Part shown: positions 47,448 to 50,751 of the stretch, one piece after another
How the letters are laid out: each line of letters begins with the position of its first letter
How positions within the stretch are numbered: position 1 is the stretch's first letter
Assembly (NCBI GenBank): GCA_017856055.1
Contig: JAFMFP010000002.1
Location: forward strand, 1-50,751
Direction: 5' to 3'
DNA from: Fidelibacterota bacterium
GTDB taxonomy: Bacteria > Fidelibacterota > Marinisomatia > Marinisomatales > Marinisomataceae
DNA: 50,751 nucleotides
Position numbers and translations under genes: made by a program
Notes under the pieces: model-generated
Database searches by the model: none
Seen by the model: the letters and a program-made list of their open reading frames with translations, nothing else
What the model was told of the DNA's origin: nothing

Positions 47448-48071
47448 AATCTCTTTCAGTTCAGAAAGAATCATAGCTGTAGCTCCCCAAACTAAACAAT
47501 CTTTAAATTGAAATGCAGGTGCATTAAAATTTTTTGAATTAAGTGTAATTTTCTTTTGTGAAACAATTTCTTCATTTAAAACTTCATCTAATTCAATTTC
47601 AAAAATATCTGATACTTCTTTTGGGTTTAGTTTTACTCTTGGTTTAACGCTTGCAAACCAAACTGAAGGAAAAATCTTAAAGCCCGACACAGGAATATAA
47701 AGTGGAGAAAGAGACCCGATATACTCAATTTGATGGCGCTGAACTCCTATTTCTTCTTCTGCTTCTCGGGCTGCTGCCATCAGGATAGACTCTTTATTAT
47801 CAATTGACCCACCGGGAAAAGAAATTTGCCCTTTGTGATGTTCAAGATCATTGGATCTTTTGGTTAAATAAAATTTTAATTTTTCATCGCAATTAAAAAG
47901 GATAATTGCAACTCCCGCCTTTTTATAATCTTTAGGATTGAGAAAAAAATTTTCTGTGAATGTGTTAATTGGAATAGCGGCCATTTTTTTTTGGGCTTCC
48001 CATCCTGGAAGATTTTCTAAATCAAGTCTTTCCTTTAAATAGTTTATTTTTTTTTCTAGTTTCACAACCAT
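47433..48071 (-). CDS. NUDIX hydrolase, CoA pyrophosphatase type
   Basis: The 212-aa ORF has the Nudix box GGSIDNKESILMAAAREAEEEIG, preceded by the CoA-type motif LTKRSNDLEHHKGQISFPGG. Confidence 0.87.
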   Translation of the reverse strand: MVVKLEKKINYLKERLDLENLPGWEAQKKMAAIPINTFTENFFLNPKDYKKAGVAIILFNCDEKLKFYLTKRSNDLEHHKGQISFPGGSIDNKESILMAAAREAEEEIGVQRHQIEYIGSLSPLYIPVSGFKIFPSVWFASVKPRVKLNPKEVSDIFEIELDEVLNEEIVSQKKITLNSKNFNAPAFQFKDCLVWGATAMILSELKEILREI

Positions 48072-48717
48072 GAAATATAATCATATAATATGGGATTGGA
48101 ATGGTACATTGTTAAACGATCTAAGGTTGTGTGTAACTATTTTAAATCTTTCTTTAGAAAAAAGAAGCATCCCACCTATTAGCATTGAGGACTATAAAAA
48201 AAATTTTTTATTTCCAATCAAATCTTTTTATGAGAATATCGGATTTGATTTTCAAAAAGAATCTTTTGAAGAGTCAAATGAAGAGTTTCATAAAAACTTT
48301 GAAAACAATTTTAAAACTCTCGCTCTTCAGCCATATGCGAAAGAAACAATTGCTTCTATCAAATCATTAGGAAAAACTCAAAGCATTTTGTCTGCTACTA
48401 TGCAAGAAAAGCTTGTTGAACAAGTCTCATTTTTTTCTCTGGAATCCTTTATTGACAATATTGTTGGCCTACAAAATACTCCTTCTGGATTTGGGAAAGA
48501 ACATGAAGGAAGAGAACTACTATCATATGTTGAAGTCCCCAAAGAAGAAACTATCATCGTTGGAGATAGCATGCTCGATTTTAATGTTTCCAATTCCCTT
48601 GGTATTGACTGCGCTTTAGTTTTGAATGGTCATAATGATTATGATAGATTAAAAAATACTGGTTCCCCAGTTTTCAAGGATATTGGGGATTTTTTCGGAT
48701 GGCTCAAACAATCTTAG
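48070..48717 (+). CDS. HAD-superfamily hydrolase (phosphoglycolate-phosphatase-like subfamily IA)
   Basis: The 215-aa ORF has motif I IIWDWNGTL, a cap domain, and motif IV VGDSMLDFNVSNSLG. Confidence 0.8.
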   Translation: MKYNHIIWDWNGTLLNDLRLCVTILNLSLEKRSIPPISIEDYKKNFLFPIKSFYENIGFDFQKESFEESNEEFHKNFENNFKTLALQPYAKETIASIKSLGKTQSILSATMQEKLVEQVSFFSLESFIDNIVGLQNTPSGFGKEHEGRELLSYVEVPKEETIIVGDSMLDFNVSNSLGIDCALVLNGHNDYDRLKNTGSPVFKDIGDFFGWLKQS

Positions 48718-49463
48718 GTTGTTAGACCTCCATCAATAGAAAATAATGATCCCGTAATAAAATTGGATTTTTCGCTTGCCAAATATAGCGCAATTCCAAC
48801 AATATCTTTTGGTTCACCTATCCTGCCCATAGGAATCATCTTTAATAAATCATTGGAAATTTTTTCATTGTCCCAAAGCGCCTTGCTAAAATTTGTCTTA
48901 ATTAATCCCGGAAGTATAGCATTAACGTGAATATTGTCAGGAGCTAATTCTTTAGCTAATACCTTGGTGAGCATCATTACTGCAGACTTAGAGACACTAT
49001 ATATTCCCAAGCCATCCATTGGAGTTTTTCCAGCAACCGACCCAATGTTAATAATCTTTCCATGTTTGTTTTGTTTCATGGATGGGAAACATTGTTGCGC
49101 AAATTCAAAATAACTCTGTACGTTCACTTTGAAAACTCTCTCCCAATCTTTTTCTGTCGATTTCATTATAGGACCAAAATAAGGACTAGTAGCTGCATTG
49201 TTGACTAGAATATCAATTGTGCTAAATCTTTCTAGAGTATAATCAACTACTTTTTTTATTGAATTGCTCTCAGCTGTATTACATGTGATAGCATTTAAGG
49301 AAACACCCTCTTTTTTCGCACTGACTAATGCTAAATCTAAATTTTCTTTTTGTCTGCTGCATATAACAACGTTGGCGCCGTTCTGAGCATAGGTCTTTGC
49401 AATTTCCAAACCAATGCCCTTAGATCCCCCAGAAATAATTGCTGTTTTATTTTTTAGGAACAT
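48714..49463 (-). CDS. Short-chain dehydrogenase/reductase (classical SDR, FabG-like)
   Basis: The 249-aa ORF has SGGSKGIGLEIA, NNAA and YSVSKSA motifs. Confidence 0.88.
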   Translation of the reverse strand: MFLKNKTAIISGGSKGIGLEIAKTYAQNGANVVICSRQKENLDLALVSAKKEGVSLNAITCNTAESNSIKKVVDYTLERFSTIDILVNNAATSPYFGPIMKSTEKDWERVFKVNVQSYFEFAQQCFPSMKQNKHGKIINIGSVAGKTPMDGLGIYSVSKSAVMMLTKVLAKELAPDNIHVNAILPGLIKTNFSKALWDNEKISNDLLKMIPMGRIGEPKDIVGIALYLASEKSNFITGSLFSIDGGLTT

Positions 49464-50314
49464 TATTTCTTTTCTTTTCTATTCTTTGACATTTCTTCCC
49501 AAAGCGAGTAAGGAATTTTTGAAAGATCGCTAAATTCTCCAGCTCCCGCAAGCCATTCCCCTCCATCAATAGTCACTACTTCTCCATTAATATATCCAGA
49601 CCCATCAGACATTAGATATGAAGCTAAGTTTTCAAGTTCGTGCCTTTCTCCAAAACGCTTCATGGGAATTTTTTCTTTCATTGAATTTTCAAATTCTTCA
49701 AAGCCTGGAGGCATAAGCCTTGACCATGCGCCCTTAGTAGGAAAAGGACCGGGAGCAATGGCATTAAATCGAATATTAAATTTTCCCCACTCTACCGCCA
49801 AAGATCTAGTCATTGCCAAAACACCCGCTTTAGCACAAGCAGAGGGGACAACAAACGGAGAGCCTGTCCACGCATATGTTGTAACAATATTTAAAATGGT
49901 TCCACCATTATTATCAATCATTTCTTTTCCAATAATGGAGGTACAATTCCATGTTCCCATTAACACAATATCTACGATAGATTTAAAACCGTTTTGGGAA
50001 AGCATCTCAGTAGGAGAAATAAAATTTCCTGCCGCATTATTCAAAAGACCGTTTACACTTCCAAATTCTTTCTTTGCAGTATTTAAAAGATTTTGAATAT
50101 CTTCAGGATTACGTACGTCTCCATCTGCGGATAAAATGTTTATACCTAAATTCTTAAATTCGCTTTCAGTTGCTTTTAAAATATCTTTTCTTCTGCCAAA
50201 AATCACAACGTTAGCTCCTAGCTCTCCAAAACGCCTGGCCATACTTTTACCCAAACCAGATCCTCCTCCAGTGACAATGATATTTTTATTTTTTAGGAGA
50301 TTGCTTTCGAACAT
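49463..50314 (-). CDS. 2,4-dienoyl-CoA reductase-like SDR (DECR type)
   Basis: The 283-aa ORF has TGGGSGLGKSMA, LLNNAAGNFISPTE and PSACAKAGVLAMTRSLAVEWGKFNIRFNAIAPGPFPTKGA. These closely parallel mitochondrial/peroxisomal DECR motifs. Confidence 0.8.
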   Translation of the reverse strand: MFESNLLKNKNIIVTGGGSGLGKSMARRFGELGANVVIFGRRKDILKATESEFKNLGINILSADGDVRNPEDIQNLLNTAKKEFGSVNGLLNNAAGNFISPTEMLSQNGFKSIVDIVLMGTWNCTSIIGKEMIDNNGGTILNIVTTYAWTGSPFVVPSACAKAGVLAMTRSLAVEWGKFNIRFNAIAPGPFPTKGAWSRLMPPGFEEFENSMKEKIPMKRFGERHELENLASYLMSDGSGYINGEVVTIDGGEWLAGAGEFSDLSKIPYSLWEEMSKNRKEKK

Positions 50315-50318
50315 AGGT

Positions 50319-50630
50319 TTATTTTAAAAGGTTTATATTGTTTTCAATAGTTTCTTTTTTTTCTTTCATTGGATTGATAATATTTTCTTCTATAGTATCG
50401 CTAAGCTTTTCTTCTTGAAGTTTTAAATCAGAATAAAGACTTTCAAATGTAGGAACAGGCTGGCCAGTAAAAACCAAATATAAACAATATATCAAATAAA
50501 GCGTTAAACCAAGTGAAACAAGCTTAAATAATTTTTTCACTACTGAAAATGCAAGCAGTGTAATTACTACTATTGAAACAGCCAAATAAGATGGATTGCT
50601 TAATATGCTATCAAAAAATGAATCAATCAT
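50319..50630 (-). CDS. Small hypothetical membrane protein (two TM helices plus a charged tail)
   Basis: The 103-aa ORF has two hydrophobic segments followed by a K/E-rich C-terminus. It ends 4 nt upstream of the DECR-like gene start, on the same strand. Confidence 0.5.
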   Translation of the reverse strand: MIDSFFDSILSNPSYLAVSIVVITLLAFSVVKKLFKLVSLGLTLYLIYCLYLVFTGQPVPTFESLYSDLKLQEEKLSDTIEENIINPMKEKKETIENNINLLK

Positions 50631-50704
50631 AATAAAGAAATTAATACATTTTAAATATACTATACAAAAATGAATCCATTGTTCTTAATTTTGTAAATTA
50701 TTTT

Positions 50705-50751
50705 ATGATTAAAAAAATCCTTTCATTTTTAGTGCTACTCAGTGCTCTTTT
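50705..50751 (+). CDS. 5' end of an exported protein gene (signal-peptide-like MIKKILSFLVLLSALF...), truncated by the window edge
   Basis: An ATG at 50705 is followed by a K-rich n-region and a hydrophobic h-region. Only 15 codons are visible. Confidence 0.3.
   Translation, partial: MIKKILSFLVLLSAL

Noticed and set aside
49662-50096. 144-aa plus-strand ORF antisense to the DECR-like SDR. Similar antisense ORFs lie at 9445-9795 in sufB, 27542-27841 in mdh and 46015-46284 opposite the cupredoxin gene.
   Set aside because: All are shadow ORFs of confidently assigned genes and have no independent evidence.

Overview
The window is visibly AT-rich and very densely coded. Most neighbouring genes are separated by under 20 nt or overlap by 1-11 nt, and there is almost no non-coding DNA. 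It reads as core chromosome of a streamlined Gram-negative bacterium, not an accessory island. I found no transposase, integrase, phage gene, CRISPR array, rRNA or recognisable defence gene.

Content in order:
- tRNA-Pro (partial) and tRNA-His, then an LptF/G permease.
- A minus-strand korA-korB-fumC-PBP1A block.
- A nine-gene suf Fe-S assembly operon: DUF59, sufA, sufB, sufC, sufD, sufE, long sufT, sufS and a DUF2480-like gene.
- A minus-strand block made of three poorly characterised genes followed by etfB-etfA and a membrane HdrD/GlpC-like Fe-S oxidoreductase.
- A methylmalonyl-CoA mutase catalytic subunit, a LysM lipoprotein, a minimal BirA, then gcdH-thyX-cysQ.
- rng, rplU-rpmA-mdh.
- A tightly packed rdgB-sprA-(M28/glutaminyl-cyclase-like)-(EEP nuclease/phosphatase) block, then tRNA-Phe.
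- SRPBCC and DUF2878 genes, a three-gene RND efflux operon, a stand-alone Lon N-domain protein, and VOC-DUF1295-azurin-like cupredoxin genes.
- An FTR1 iron permease, a CoA-type NUDIX hydrolase, a HAD hydrolase, two SDRs (one DECR-like), and a small membrane protein.

The SprA homologue, the DUF2480-like gene and the glutaminyl-cyclase-like lipoprotein point to the FCB superphylum. Visible Shine-Dalgarno sequences (AGGAG before rpmA, GGAGG before the RND adaptor) argue against classical Bacteroidia. A Marinimicrobia-like marine lineage is a guess only.

Nothing here looks like a classical novel-system island. The best candidates for something undescribed are:
- the azurin-like cupredoxin plus an FTR1 permease with a Cys4 tail, with a Fur-box-like palindrome between them;
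- the translationally coupled hypothetical / LbH / acidic zinc-ribbon trio upstream of etfBA;
- the rdgB-sprA-QC-EEP block with an 18-bp perfect palindrome upstream;
- a ThyX whose RHR signature is disrupted.

All family assignments come from motif recognition by eye. No database search was run.
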